DNA of 64,000 nucleotides from Eledone cirrhosa (taxonomy: Eukaryota). The stretch spans positions 133,362,001 through 133,426,000 of the forward strand of contig OZ024742.1 in assembly GCA_964016885.1 (NCBI GenBank), read 5' to 3'. Positions 29,301 through 42,993 of this stretch are shown here, piece by piece. Positions within the stretch are counted from its first letter, which is position 1; each line of letters opens with the position of its first letter. The notes beneath the pieces were generated by a model that was not told where the DNA came from, searched no databases, and was given only the letters and a program-made list of their open reading frames with translations. Made by a program: the position numbers and the translations under genes.

Positions 29301-29398
29301 GTAGATAATAGTGCCGAGAAAAAGAAATAGTTACAGTCGTATATAAGAGGATGAATGATCGATTGAACATTATCTAACATCGAAATAACACAACAACC

Positions 29399-29439
<41 letters not shown>

Positions 29440-30040
29440 GGCTGCCCCCTCGTTAACGTGTATGGCCATTGAACGATATACCATTGTTAATAATTATTAA
29501 TTAATTATATCGTGCAATGCCTGTGCGTGAAGATATTTTTTAAAGTGAGGTAAGACTGTGCACTGAGCCAATCCCACTTTCTGGGAGACAGTAGCTATAA
29601 CCCAAAAAGAAGAAAAGATCAACATCATCGGTAACTACTGAGCTGCAGGTTTTATATTGGAGTTATCCCAGTCTCCTAAGTTACATTCTCCCAGAAGAAT
29701 GTTCTGACAAAGGCTATGGGTCCTTCACTCCCAGTGGTTTAACCGCGCGATCCAGTGACCAGCCCTACTATTTTTATGTCCCCGCGCATATACATACACA
29801 TGCACACATGTATATATACATATACATATACATACATATTTATACACTTTTGGATGGCCGTTGTCCCTCGTGAGTTCTTCCGCCCTTTGTCAGGTTTTGT
29901 TTTTTGTCCTGCAGGGTATCCAAAATCCCCCTCCTCACCAAGTAAACTTGGCGGGGTGCCGTTTTAGTCGTCGCTGACGACCCGACCTTGCGACAGGTTG
30001 TACTGGGTTAAATGTTACCAGTAGCACTCAAAAGTGATCC

Positions 30041-30080
<40 letters not shown>

Positions 30081-30451
30081 TATATATATATATTAAAATA
30101 ACAATAAATGTAATTTGAGTTTTTCGAATATTAATAACATTCGATTCGTTTGCAATTATACAAATTAAAGTTTAAGCAAAGAATAGTTGATTTCACCCTT
30201 AACGGGATCTTCTGACACTAAAAAAAATCATTCTGTGGACACAGAAGTAAGTATTTTGAAAAACGTTGCAGCCGTTGGAAATCAGGAAAACGATACTATG
30301 GTTTGTGAAGACGTTACCTGACATTGAACGGAAAAAGTCGAAGATAATACGTCGTTATGTGGAGTGTCGAGAACAATTTCACGTAAAGACAAAAATTAAT
30401 ATATATATATATAGGATGTTCTTGATGTGTGTATACATTTTTGGGACACCC

Positions 30452-30506
<55 letters not shown>

Positions 30507-30860
30507 CTGTGTGTGTCTGTGTTTATGTGTGTGTGTGTGCGTATGTGTGTGTATGTGTGTGTGTGTGTGTGCGCGCGTGTGCGTATGTGTGCGAGCGCAC
30601 GGTGGCACTACAGGTAAAATGCTTCACAGTATAAAAAGCGCATATTCGGGACACCGACAATGATATCGGCAAGCTCACTATGTCAGCTTAGTACGGAGTG
30701 TGATGCTTAAAATGCTGATGGATGAAAACCAAAACCCCTCAAAGGAAGCACCAATTCAAATATGCCATGGTCCATCAACAAGATTTCAAGGGTACGCGAT
30801 CAAAAGGGACTGATCTGTGTTTCGTCCGTTTCACCGGAGTGTTCGCGCCACATTGAATTT

Positions 30861-30965
<105 letters not shown>

Positions 30966-31005
30966 GACGTAAAATAAGAAAATTATAAAAATTAACTTAA
31001 TTCTT

Positions 31006-31040
<35 letters not shown>

Positions 31041-31081
31041 GAAAGACGTAAAATAAGAAAATTATAAAATTTAACTTAATT

Positions 31082-31125
<44 letters not shown>

Positions 31126-31189
31126 CGCGTGGTTTTATTGGCAGCATGACCCTTCCAAATTATAGCAATATATATGTATATATATATAT

Positions 31190-33010
31190 CCAAGTAAACG
31201 AGGTATCGTTTAAGGTTATCCAAGGAGAGGTTCTGAGTAATCTGTACCGTGGAGGATTTTTTAACGTTCGGCGTTGGTTGACTGAACAAGATGTTTACTT
31301 AGTTGTGGTGTTCGGAGGGCCGATTTCGGACAGTTCCGAGGTAAGGAGTTCCTGGAGTATTAATAACAAAAGAATGAAGATTAACATTGATAAGCTATAC
31401 AGTAGGGTTTTATTCCAAGCATTTAAATATGTAAAAAAAAACATACCCATAACTAAAAATAGTGATTATACTCTCTCATGACACTACGCACTATTGATTA
31501 TATCCGTCCCATCAGGTGGAAAGCATATCACTACGACAAGGGACATGCAAACACTGATGAGAGAAATACAAAGAAAAAATACGGATTTATATCGTGTAAA
31601 AACCCACCAATTAACCCCCAACTTGATGCATGTGAACTTGACCTCATGAATATGGTAAGCGGGATCAGATTCAAAAAAGCGCACAAACTGAAAAATGACA
31701 AAAATGCATCATTGAAAATATTATGCAATACCGATGGGATTATAGTCAAGGTGGTCAAAACATCGAATGTATACAGCATGAAGATAGGCACAGAGAACTG
31801 CATAAAAAGTACATGAAAACCTCCGAATAACTTGCAGTTATTAATCTTGAAGGATTTAATATAGTGAAAAACTCGTACTTGCTGAAAGAACAGAACCTTT
31901 AAATCCATGCAGCCCCACTTTCACCTGAAAGACCATAAAAGTAATTTCAAAACAGAACCTACAATTAGACTGATATGCCCACCCAAATCTGATATAGGTA
32001 GAATATACTAGATAGTGTAATAGCGCAACTCAAAGATAAACAAAGGGTAAAACTATGGGGTAGCACTAGTGAGACAAACGACTGGTTTAATAGAAGAGAC
32101 AATACGGGAGATCCCAAATTCATACAATTCGATATTAATGATTACTATTCATCCATATCCTTAGTCATCTTAAATAAGACAGTAACATTCGCTAAGCAAA
32201 ATCCAGATCTAATCATGGATGAAATTAGGATAGTAATAGCTGCTCGGAGAAAGATCATTAAATTCGAAAACCAATACTGGGAACGACGTGATAGAGAAAA
32301 TAGCTTTGATATTGCTATGGGATCTAGCGACCCTTTGCAAGTCACTGACATAGTCGAAATATATATGGTTAATAATATTCATGAGGAATTTCCTAAACTC
32401 CAAGGAGGAATTTATAAAGACAATGCGCTTCTACTAGCTAAAACACAAATAACCAGAACCTGGAAAGGTTACGAATGAACATAATGGTCTTATTTTGTAA
32501 ACTAGGCCTCGTAATTAGCTAATTCCTTAGATATAACACTTAACTTAAATATGGGATTAATAGAACCTATCCATAAATATAATGAAAACCTAGTGTATCA
32601 ATCAAACCATCCACGTTCCATAATGAAATCAGTAGCAAATAGTATAACCCTTAGAATATCCTGCCTATCATCTACACCAGAAATATATAAGGAACATGCA
32701 GACTGTTACAACACGGCATTAGGCAAGGCAGGTCACTTAGAGGGGCTCTAATACCTCTATGATCGCGACCATAACAATCATACACCTAGCGACAATTATG
32801 ATGCCCGCCATAATATAAATAACAGACATAGGACTAGACCTAAAAATAAGCAGCATATACAGGGAATAGCTGAACAAAATAAGAACATCAGAACTTCTAA
32901 GACGAAAATGTTTACAAACGGCGAACGGAAACAAACCCATCCCCGTGCACTAAATACAACAGCCAAATAACGGCCACGTAACCGCCACCACCACATCACC
33001 TATCCCATGA
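31190..33010 (+). mobile_element. Decayed PLE (N-terminal and RT region)
   Basis: KNIPITKNS, IRWKAYHYD, KYGFISCKNPP, FIQFDINDYYSSIS, FDIAMGSSD, GIYKDNAL and SNHPRSIMKS, with many stops. Confidence 0.8.
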
Positions 33011-33011
33011 T

Positions 33012-33630
33012 AATAATTGTTTCTACTTTTGGCACAAGTCCAGCAATTACGCCAGTGCATTACTGGTACTATATTTTATCGGCCCGGTAAGGAAGAAGGG
33101 TAAAGTTAAAATCGGTGTGATTGAACTGAGACCATAAAGGGCCATAACTTTATGCTGCAAAGCATGGCGTCCGACCCTCTACCGAGACTACCAATCCACT
33201 GCACAATCCTATGATAATAATGATTTCTATTATAGACACAAGGCCAGCAATTTAGAGGGCAGGGAAAGATGATTAAATCGACCCGTGTATTGCTGGTATT
33301 TTATTTTACCGACCGCGTAAGGATGAAAGGCAAAGCCAACCTCGGCGGGATGTGAACTGAGAATGTAAAGGGCCATAACTCTATGCTACCAGACATCTGC
33401 ACAATCCTATGATAACAATGATTTCTATTATAGACACAAGGCCAGCAATTTAGAGGGCAGGGAAAGATGATTAAATCGACCCGTGTATTGCTGGTATTTT
33501 ATTTTACCGACCGCGTAAGGATGAAAGGCAAAGCCAACCTCGGCGGGATGTGAACTGAGAACGTAAAGGGCCATAACTCTATGCTACCAGACATGGTGTC
33601 TGACGTTTACCGATACTACCAATCTACGGC
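33012..33630 (-). mobile_element. SINE cluster including a near-identical ~190-bp tandem duplication
   Basis: SINE core occurs three times; ~33200-33397 and ~33398-33592 are almost identical. Confidence 0.85.
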
Positions 33631-33694
33631 TCTTCATTCCCATGATGTAGTTTCCATATAGTTTCCAGCTGTTGTCTTCCTGTTTCTTCTACAA

Positions 33695-35305
33695 CAACTA
33701 CAACGGTACGCGATGGGGACCCACCCAGGCCCCGGCGGACAGAATGGAGAAGGCGTTTCCCCGGAGGACGGCAAGAGAGACGCGCTGAAAAAGCCGGTCC
33801 AACTCGCGGGGCTCACATCTGCGGATGGCCAGCTCAGCACCTATGCTGGTGAGTAAGGAGATAGCCCTGGTGCCGAGGACACCAGAAGTCTCCATTGCCA
33901 GGGGTACGCCCGCAAACCTGTCAGAGAGCGACCGACGTGTAGTAGAACCTGGGCCAGTCACAGACAGCACCAGGTTGCGGCTGCAGAAAGTGTCGGTGCA
34001 AGTGGCATCCCAGACGAGAGGTTTGCCACCGCGGAACGGGAAGAAGGTCATGCCATCTGGCCTTTTGCTGTCCCCTCGATCCAGCCCCACCGGCTCGAGC
34101 TTGGAAGGGAAGCCTGCAGCGTCCAAGCCATGCTTAATAACCTCGATGAGGGCAGCGTCGCGTGGAATGCGGCCGGCTCTGTGGCGACAGGAAAGTGGGT
34201 AGAGGCCGAAAGAGTCCATGAGGGAACCGCAACGACATTGGTTTGGCTGGCAGATCCGGAGGCCGAGCCTCATGGAAACGCCGATGCGCAGGCTATGGTT
34301 GTCTAGCTGCGTGCCAGTGAAGAAGGAGGGCAGGGCATGAGGCCAGGCACCACTCTGGGGTATGGAAGCCGCATGAAAACAAGAAACGCAGTGCTGGTTG
34401 AGCTGGCGCGTGAGCCTGTCTGAGGCCAAGCCGCAGTGGATGGCATCTCATGTGCGTTGGGGAACTTGACGTCAACAGAGCGAGAAGGAGGAGGGCGTCT
34501 ACTGGACTAAATACCAGCCGGTCCCACGTCTCACAGCCTGCCTCACGTTCTCTGAACACAGAGGGTTATGTTGTGTTTTGAAGAAACACTGCTGATGAGG
34601 ACCCGGCACTAGGTCACCGACGAAAGATACGCCGGCAAACCTAGTGAGATCGGGGACCGGAGGTCAAGGCCGCCATACCTGACAGGGAAAGTGGCCTGTT
34701 GCCACCCTATGTCGTCAAACTTGACAAGTATCGATGTCAGCGATGAGAGATGTCTGGGTGTAGCACGGAGTGCTGCGGAGTGTATAGTGGAACGTCGGCA
34801 TGGCGAAGCAGTTCCTCAGCAGAAAGAGAACTGGGTGGCCATCGATCAAGCCCAGTCGGCCCGTGTGAGTCTGGAGCTGTTGAAGGCTGGACCTGATGGT
34901 GGAGCGGATGGCCGGCGGGTAGATCGGTGACCTGAGGATGAGGACATCATCTTTGGGGGTCACCTGAACCTGGCGGAGATGGACCGCACGTCCAAGACGG
35001 ATACTGCAAAGCTCGCAACATCGGGGCTGACATTCACCATCTCCGACTTGGCCGAGTTGACCTGGAGGCCGATCCCGCCAGAGCAGGAACCACCGATTGA
35101 ACCTCATGGCAGAGCGTCTGTAGGGGCCCGCCTAACGTAGTATCATCCATATACCAAACGTTGAGAGGAGCTATGATACCCCGGGCGATGTGATCAATAC
35201 CAAGGACGAAGAGGAGGGGTCCAAAAGGGTCTCCCTATCGGGCCCCAGTAGCCGAGGGTATGACCGTATCAGCAGCAAGGAGCATGCTCTCGGCTCCATC
35301 TCGCA
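33695..35305 (-). mobile_element. CRE-like non-LTR retrotransposon fragment (RT plus restriction-like endonuclease)
   Basis: GDPFGPLLF and WYMDD (RT); ORF 33698-34429 has CRCG..., EPVGLDRGDSKRPDG and KPLVWDATCTDT, typical of the RLE domain of CRE-type elements. Confidence 0.8.
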
Positions 35306-35766
35306 AGTTTTCTCAAAATGTTTAATTCAAATATTAAAGAAGAGGAAGTTAGATGTCAACCTGTTTCTCAAATGTTAGTCGCAATGTTAGTAGCAAGATC
35401 AAAACACAGGCAAAACAAACACAATACCCTACAGACAAACACAAATACAACAGCCCGTTGTAATGGCTACAACATGTAGCCGAGACAAACACATAGACAT
35501 TAACTGGCAGCAACAACAACAGCCTCGTCACAACTAGCACCCTTACACCATCCATCGCTACCATCACTGCTACAGCACCCTCACCACCACATTACTCCAT
35601 CCCCGTCACCACCAGTACACCTTCACCACCGCCCTCTCCACTCCATCACCGCCGTCATCTCTACTTCCACATCACCAGCAGTACCACCTCTACCTCTCCC
35701 ATCACCACCAGCACCACTCCGCCACTTTCTGATTGCAACAAACAAATTAACTCTACTACAAATAAT

Positions 35767-35854
35767 TGTTTCTAGGTTTGGCACAAGGCCAGCAATTATC
35801 AAGTGCATTACTGGTACTTTATTTTATCGACCCCGTAAGGATAAAAGGCAAAGT
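35767..35854 (-). mobile_element. 5'-truncated SINE with 15-bp target-site duplication
   Basis: tctactacaaataat at both 35752-35766 and 35855-35869. Confidence 0.8.
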
Positions 35855-36049
35855 TCTACTACAAATAATATCACCTCCTCTCTTTCTCCTTTCTGTTAAC
35901 ATAAGAACAGACGCCATCAAAGTTATCGAGAAGGAGGGGGAAGGTAGCAGCCACACTAGACAAGGGTAGCTTCAATTTGCCAATCCCTTTTAGAGTAAAA
36001 AATATATATATAGCAATCATATTATTTTTTTTCTTTATTGTTAACAGGG

Positions 36050-38680
36050 GCGTACATATTGAAATATAATGATTCATTTATTGGCCACAAGACAAGGACA
36101 GTGAGGGTTAATAATAAGATTGAAGGGAAATACCCAAAAAACAAATCCATTTAAACAATGAAAAAAATATAAAAATATAATATATATATAAAATAACAAA
36201 ATAAATTCCCCAATGGCGGGGGGAGGGGCACATGTGCGACTCAGGTACACTACCGATCCTGAATCACACGACGGTGCGAGGGCCTATGATCAGAGTAGGT
36301 CCACTCACACATTCTCGCCACATTCTTTTAGCAAATGTTCTGGTGGGGCAGCACTTCTCTCTCCACCCCCACCTTCCTTTCCCTATGAAACTTGAAAAAG
36401 ATGAAGGATTGACCGATGAGAAAAGTGTCTGTCTTCAGTCCTTTCAAACTGGTCCACCATACAACTCCTTTCGCTATTGCCACCATACTGGAAAATTGCC
36501 AGCCCTTCCTAGCCAAAATAAGCGGCGGGTCGATCTTCATTATGGACTCGGCTGATAGACGGATGCGTTCTACCCGCGACAACAGCTGATCGACATAACT
36601 CCACAAGTCACTAGTAATACAGGGGGACACTGGACGACTGCGTGCAGAACGGTTTCGTCGCTCTGCGCGCATCTCGGGCAGATCCGTCTGACAGCACTTC
36701 CGAAACGGCAGTGCCCCCCGGTAGTACTGCGAAGGATTTCTAAAATTATCTATCGTCACCGGCTCGAAATTTCTCCGGAATAAAATGGTCGGTTCGGCTT
36801 CGTCGACGCCCAGAGCCTCTCCGAGTGCCTCGTCGCACTTTCCCCCCACTAATCCTCTATAGTACTCGAAAGTGGAAGTTCCACTAACAGCATTGCCCGC
36901 CTGGTGGAGGGCAGTGAGTGTCTGGCATCAATCCAGATCCCAGACCCCCAGTCTTGGTCTCTACTTAACCCAGCACTGCAGCTCCGTCAAAGAGACGAGC
37001 TGCGGAGAGGCCCGTCTGACAAACGTCTGGAAATGCCACAGCTTCAGCACATGTTTACGCATTTTATCCACGGCATACCCAGCCCCCCACCTTGAGGATG
37101 CTGGCAGCAGATAGACTGCCTCATCAACAGAATATTTCCCCTCCACAAGAAGTTGAAGGGGTGCCGTTCCAAATTGGCAAGGCGCGAAGGCGGCAAGGCG
37201 TTGATAGACGGGCGGTAGTTGATGACCTACGCCGTGTACGCGTTCGCCACCTTCGCTCCACCTTCCAGCAACAGCTTCCTCGTCGCTCATTTCTGGGTGG
37301 GAGTGGCTACCCTGATCGTCAACTCATCCCAATTCTTATCCACATTAATGTCTTGTCCGAACCAAACCCCGGTCTCTCCGTCCAGCGCCCGACGACACTG
37401 TTGGACGGCTTGGACTTGCCCCTCCAGGTGTCGAGCTGCAAGCCCACCGACTATTCCGGGTTAAGTTTCGCTTCCCAATAAAGTGCAATGTTGTCCGCAT
37501 AAGCCAACACAGCCTTTCCGCGTCCTGATTCGAGCGGGATACCCTACAAAATCCCCAGCTTCCACTGTAAGTGCTCGAGAGTCAATACGTACAGAAAAGA
37601 GATGAAAGGGGGCCCTTGACGGACCGATCAGGAGATCTGAAACGGTTTCGAATGGTGGCCATTAAAATTGACCACCGAACAGATGTCGCTGTTCATTGCA
37701 GCGAGCCAGCCTCTGAAGACGGGACCGAAGCCAGCTGCATTGAGGACAGCCTCCAGGTATCGATCGTCGAACATATCGAAAGCTTTCGATTGAACTAAAT
37801 TGATCAGAGCCCACAGAAGCCAGGTTTGTGCCCTACTCTCCATATGATGTATTGCATAAGGTTGTTGTATATGGACCTGGTCGGGATTGATCAAGTTTGC
37901 GCCTCCCCGACTAAATCCTCGATGACAAAGGCCAAGACTTTGACCAAAATCTTAAACTTGGTGCTGAGCTGAATTATGGGCCACAAGTTATCTAATGTGA
38001 CCCTCTTGTTCTCAACTTTCCTCCTCAGCGTCACTACATCCCGGATTACAGAACTGCACTTCTAGGACATCGGAGAACAAGTTTTGCATGTCTACGTAAA
38101 GCTCGTAGGGCAGATCATACAAACCTGGTGACATGTAGATCACGCAGCAAACTAGGGTGTTTTGAATTTCGGCCGAAGTTATCGGCCTTTCGCAGCGGTC
38201 AGTGTCGGCCGTCGAGAGACGCGGTAACCTGTTGAGGTAGCGACTGAAGTCCGCTAACGTCTCTGACCCGCCACTCCCCCGAACAACCAAGCAAAGCGCT
38301 GGAGAAAGGCTTCACAGACCAGCATGGAATCATTCAGCTCGTGTCCGTCTCGGTCCGTTGTAGACCTAAATTGTTGTTTTATTACCAGGCTGCACCTCTG
38401 CCACACAGGCCTATCGAACAGATTTGTTTCCCGCGTTTCTCCGAACACCCGCCTTATCTATGACAATACAGCCTTCATGTTTCTCATTGAAAATATGGTC
38501 TAATGCCATTCTTGCCACTAGCGCGTCAGTGGTAGCGCCACCACAAATAGCTCTTCTTATTTGACTACCAGCTCTCTCACCTTTCAATTTTTCTCTAACG
38601 CTCCATCTTTGATAAAACCTATCGACATTACTCTAATCTCTCCCTTGATTGTCGACGTTCGTCCTGTCAACTTTTGCTTA
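36050..38680 (-). mobile_element. Decayed L1/Tx1-like LINE ORF2
   Basis: CERPITSAEI...SPGLYDLPYELY, LVQSKAFD, VRQGPP and LAYADNI motifs on the minus strand, with stops and frameshifts. Confidence 0.8.
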
Positions 38681-38842
38681 ACTAAATTGAATAATGATTT
38701 ATGTATTGCTCTATTTATAGAATCGGCAAAATTATAATAATTTGGCAATGTTAAGTTTTCCTTAACAATGTATATATTGAGTCAGGGCTAATCACCTGAT
38801 TTACGTTTTCATAATCTGTTGAATATGTACTCTATATTCTGT

Positions 38843-38937
38843 CATAATTGTTTCTACCTTTGGCACAAGGCCAGCAAATACCCAGTACATTACTGGTACT
38901 TTATTTTACCGACCCCGTAAGGATGAAAAGCAAAGTT
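38843..38937 (-). mobile_element. SINE 3' fragment
   Basis: aattgtttctacctttggcacaaggccagc...gaccccgtaaggatgaaaagcaaagtt. Confidence 0.8.
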
Positions 38938-39369
38938 TTTACTTTGATGAAAGGTGTAACTTTACCACTTACACGGGAATTCTTTATGATAATTTGTAAT
39001 ATTGTTTCCTCTTGAAGTATAATTTAGGACCTTGAAATTCTACAGTTTGCATCGTTCTATTTTCTAACTTCAAAAATTATGTTTAATGTATTATGTTGGG
39101 CATTCGTAAATATGTTTTATAGTGAGTTTGCCTTATATTACTATACCTATTTGATATTTCTGTAATTGTCCTAAAATTGTACAAAATAAAACATTGGCTG
39201 GAAATACTCATCTGCATATAGGGCAAACTTCGTATCATATACCACATGATTTGTTAAGGTTATGCTGCTGTTAATTAAGCCTATTCCATCAAGAACATGA
39301 ATGCACTGAGTGGAAAGACCTTCTGCTGCCAATGTCTCTCTTTTTCAGCCTACACACACACACCAACAC

Positions 39370-39404
<35 letters not shown>

Positions 39405-39646
39405 GGTGTGTATTAAATGAATAAATATATATATATCTTTACACAAGTATAGATACATATAAAGACGTCCAACCGATACTAAGTGTTGCTCTATGAAAGA
39501 TGTAACACAGATCAACCCATTCAGAGCTTAATAAAATCATATCTGCGAAAAGCAAACAAGATGAGAAAAACAACTTTGTTTACTGACTTTAATGTCTCTT
39601 CTGCAGTTCCATTGAGAAAATAATTATATATATATATATATATTTA

Positions 39647-40163
39647 CTAGCCGAATTAACCGCGCCTTGCTGCGTTTCACACATTTTTTGTTTGTAAGAA
39701 AATGATGATTGATTCTAAATCAGTGATGTAATTTATGGAGAAAACTCTGCATTTCAATACTACTCAATGTAAAACGTAACGTAATGCATGAAATATTGGA
39801 AAACATTAATTTTTTGTAATATATCAAATCAAAATTACATTATTAAATCTTATTCTTATTTTGATTCTTGTAAATATTTTTTTTTTAAATATCAATTCAA
39901 ACTTTTGTGAATAGGCATCAAATGTTGTCATTTACCTATGGTTTAAATTTCATTTAAATCGAAGGGAAAACATTTTCAGCGGGGGTTTGTGCCTCCGGAG
40001 ATCCCTTTGATTAAAATGAGATATACTTATCCAAGTACCCTGGGCAATGTAGTTTCAGAATAGTATATGGTTATGGGGGTCTATCTCCAAAACCATAGGA
40101 GTAGTCCGTGAACAAACAAACAAACAAACAGACAGGAATACAAGTTTACATATATAAATATAT
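39647..40163 (-). mobile_element. Non-autonomous Helitron-like element
   Basis: Minus-strand 3' end is a GC hairpin (cgcagcaaggcgcg) followed by CTAG|T; the 5' part carries a (TTTG)n tract, as in Lep1-type rolling-circle elements. Confidence 0.65.
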
Positions 40164-40640
40164 ACACATACACACAATAATTAGGTTTAGGTTTATACAA
40201 ATAAAATATATATTATGTTACTAAACAGAAAGGCGCAATAATCATAATATATACAAATTGAAAAGGTATACAAACGCTTCTGTTCATATATAAAGATGTG
40301 AAACAACTAGTATTATGTACATACATATAGAACGAGAATTAAAAAGGGATTCGATTCCTGATTCTTTCTTTAGTACATATATTTTTCGTCGTTCTATATG
40401 TATCCAGTCCTTTAACACAATTGAGATATATACAGAAAAGTGTCCTCCCCCTAAAAATAATTTTGGTCTGTGAAAATACACAACTACCACCACTACTTCA
40501 GCTACTGCCATAACTACTTCTCTCTCTATATATATAAGGATCCATTTTAGACCCAGTCTTCTTGTCTACAAAAAAGATGAAGAGACCTTCTTCAACACTT
40601 AATTTTAAATTTCTAATTTTTTAAATTCTTTTTAAGTTGT

Positions 40641-40688
40641 AATATTTGATGAGGTGGATTACACCGATACATTGAAACCGGTTATATT
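40641..40688 (+). ncRNA. Degenerate type I hammerhead
   Basis: aatat-TTGATGA-ggtggattacaccgatacatt-GAAACCGGTT-atatt; palindromic ACCGGT stem III, C3 mutated to T. Confidence 0.5.
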
Positions 40689-40852
40689 TTATATATTTTA
40701 TATACATTATAAAAATCCTTTTTTTTTTAAATTGTTCCTCTCATTTTTTCAATAATTTCAATTTGACGGATCAAAAAAGAAAAGGTGAAAATGAGATCCT
40801 TTAAATATAATTTCCGTGCTGTTTCCAATTCCTATCTCTCTCTCTCTTGCTC

Positions 40853-40901
<49 letters not shown>

Positions 40902-40954
40902 CGGCGATGAATTAGTTTTGCGAGGTTTTTTATATGAAATCGTGTGTCGAAACA

Positions 40955-42545
40955 AATATTGTTATACTTGGGGAGGGTCATATTTGTGTAATATTGCCAG
41001 AATTAATAACAGAACACACTCACTGTTTGGTTGGTTTTCGCTTTTCGCTTCTGTGTCTTTTATATCGGTAATCTAACTTACTCGCTCCTCAATGTTGCCA
41101 TTGACTGACCGACTGTCAAAAATAATACAGATACAATGTAGACACAAACACATATATATATAGTTTATCATAAATCTTTCGTTGCACATCTGCAACATCG
41201 TCTGTGGTGCTATCGTTTCCTCCCGTTGCATTGTATGTCTACGCCATTTTTATTCAGTCTGTCTATATATTTATTTATTTATTTGCTTGTTTGTTTATTT
41301 TTTTTAATTTTGTCTTCTTTGCGCATGGGTTTGCGTGTGTGTATAGCGTTTTGTTTGATGTGTGATGGGTGACTAGTGTGTGTTTATGTGCTTGTTGTTA
41401 TTGTGCTTGTGTATGTATTTATTTATTTATTTATTTATTTTATTTTATTTACTTATTTATACTTCTCTTAGGTCAGTGTTGTTAGTTTGGGTGTTGTTGT
41501 TATTCCATTCATTCTTTCTGTTTAGTCTTGGTCTTCTAAGTTCTATTTCACTGGCCTCTCTGATTTGCCTATCTGCTGGGTCATTTCTATGTTTAGATAT
41601 TATTCTAATTTCTATGTTGTCTATGTTACCGTCATGTTGTTGTCTAGCATGTTCGTATAGTACTGACCCGTTTTTAGTCCTTTTAGTTCCCCCCAGTGTT
41701 GGTCTATCCTTTGACCTATGCTACGAGCTGCCTCACCTATGTATGTTGTTGTCATGTTTCTGCAAGTACCCTCTGTACATCTCATGCTACAGGCTACGTT
41801 TCTAGTTTTACAGTTTATCCGGGGGTTTACCTTACATATGATACATTTTCTATTGGTACAGTGGGTTTTCTTAAAAGGGTAGGTTTTGCTGATCAGGGAT
41901 TTTATGGTGTTTCCTGGCTTTTCTACCACCTTAATTTTTAAGTGGGTCTTTCTCAGGGCCTTTCTACACTGGTTAGCTAATTTCCCTCCAGGGGTAGCGT
42001 CCACAAACTTGACACTCTGGTATCTCTGGTTATCGTACCATGAGGTGGCTTTCCCTATCTTATGTCTAGCCCTATCTAAGCTATTCCATGATTTGCTCCT
42101 GTATAATAGGCAAATTCCTTTCATGTCCAGTTCTATGAGGGTCTTATACTTCTCCATGGCTCCTTCGTATACTCTGACTCTGTCTCTTTGGTTGTAGCCA
42201 GAGAACTGCATGCGGTTGATGAAGTGTTGGATGTGTCTTTCCATTTCTGTTGGGTCGCACATGCGGGATACATTCTTCATCACTCGTACCAAATCTGCGA
42301 TCAGAATATTAAACGTAGCACTACTGGACATTGCTGAGTCTTTGAGTATCAGGTATTTGGAGGCCATGGGTTTAGCATAGTGTGAGTGGAGAATTTGGGC
42401 TCTCCCGTCTATAGTGTTAATCCAGAGTTATGTGACTAATACAGGTAGTCTATTGTTAGGGTGTTTGGAAGGGAAGTCGATAGTTACAGTTATACTCTGG
42501 TGTATGGAATTAGCTATCTGCTGGACGCTTTCCATTCTGCTACGT
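40955..42545 (-). mobile_element. PLE 3' part (thumb, GIY-YIG, 3' terminus)
   Basis: ORF 41621-42367 has FVDATPGGKL, CTNRKCIIC and TYIGEAARSIGQRIDQH; the terminus resembles the pLTR at 15757. Confidence 0.85.
41167..41208 (-). ncRNA. Degenerate hammerhead at PLE 3' end
   Basis: Minus strand CAGACGA-tgttgca(gatg)tgcaac-GAAAgattTA; perfect stem II, U4 mutated to A. Confidence 0.55.
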
Positions 42546-42560
42546 TCTAAATCAAATTTG

Positions 42561-42632
<72 letters not shown>

Positions 42633-42739
42633 TAATGGCGGCCGACCGAGATGGAAGCTGCTAAATAGTCGGTCGTCCGCTTCTCTCTGATTTTCAGCCC
42701 CATGGATTTTATCTGTTATATTCCTTTGTTATGTTTTGA

Positions 42740-42797
42740 ATACCTGATGATGTCAGCGGATTCATACTGAACCCGGTCATTGAAATTATCATAGTAT
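42740..42797 (+). ncRNA. Type I hammerhead in an isolated pLTR-like stub
   Basis: atac-CTGATGA-...cggattca(tac)tgaacccg...-GAAAttatcaTA-gtat, immediately followed by AATAAA; the stub (~42630-42935) is flanked by (TA)n. Confidence 0.55.
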
Positions 42798-42929
42798 AAT
42801 AAACCTTTCAAGGATTTACACCAGTTCAGCCTCCTGTTATTTTATAATAATTAACTCCGTACTCGCACCACCAACTACACAAACGAAGACGGGTGACTTG
42901 CATTACGTTGAGAGCTCTCCATAATATTA

Positions 42930-42993
<64 letters not shown>

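Noticed and set aside
30430-30457. tttttgggacacccta, similar to a Tc1/mariner terminal repeat
   Set aside because: No partner inverted repeat or transposase found.
30818-30850. tccggtgaaacggacgaaac hairpin on the minus strand resembling hammerhead stem II plus GAAAC
   Set aside because: No CUGANGA box upstream.
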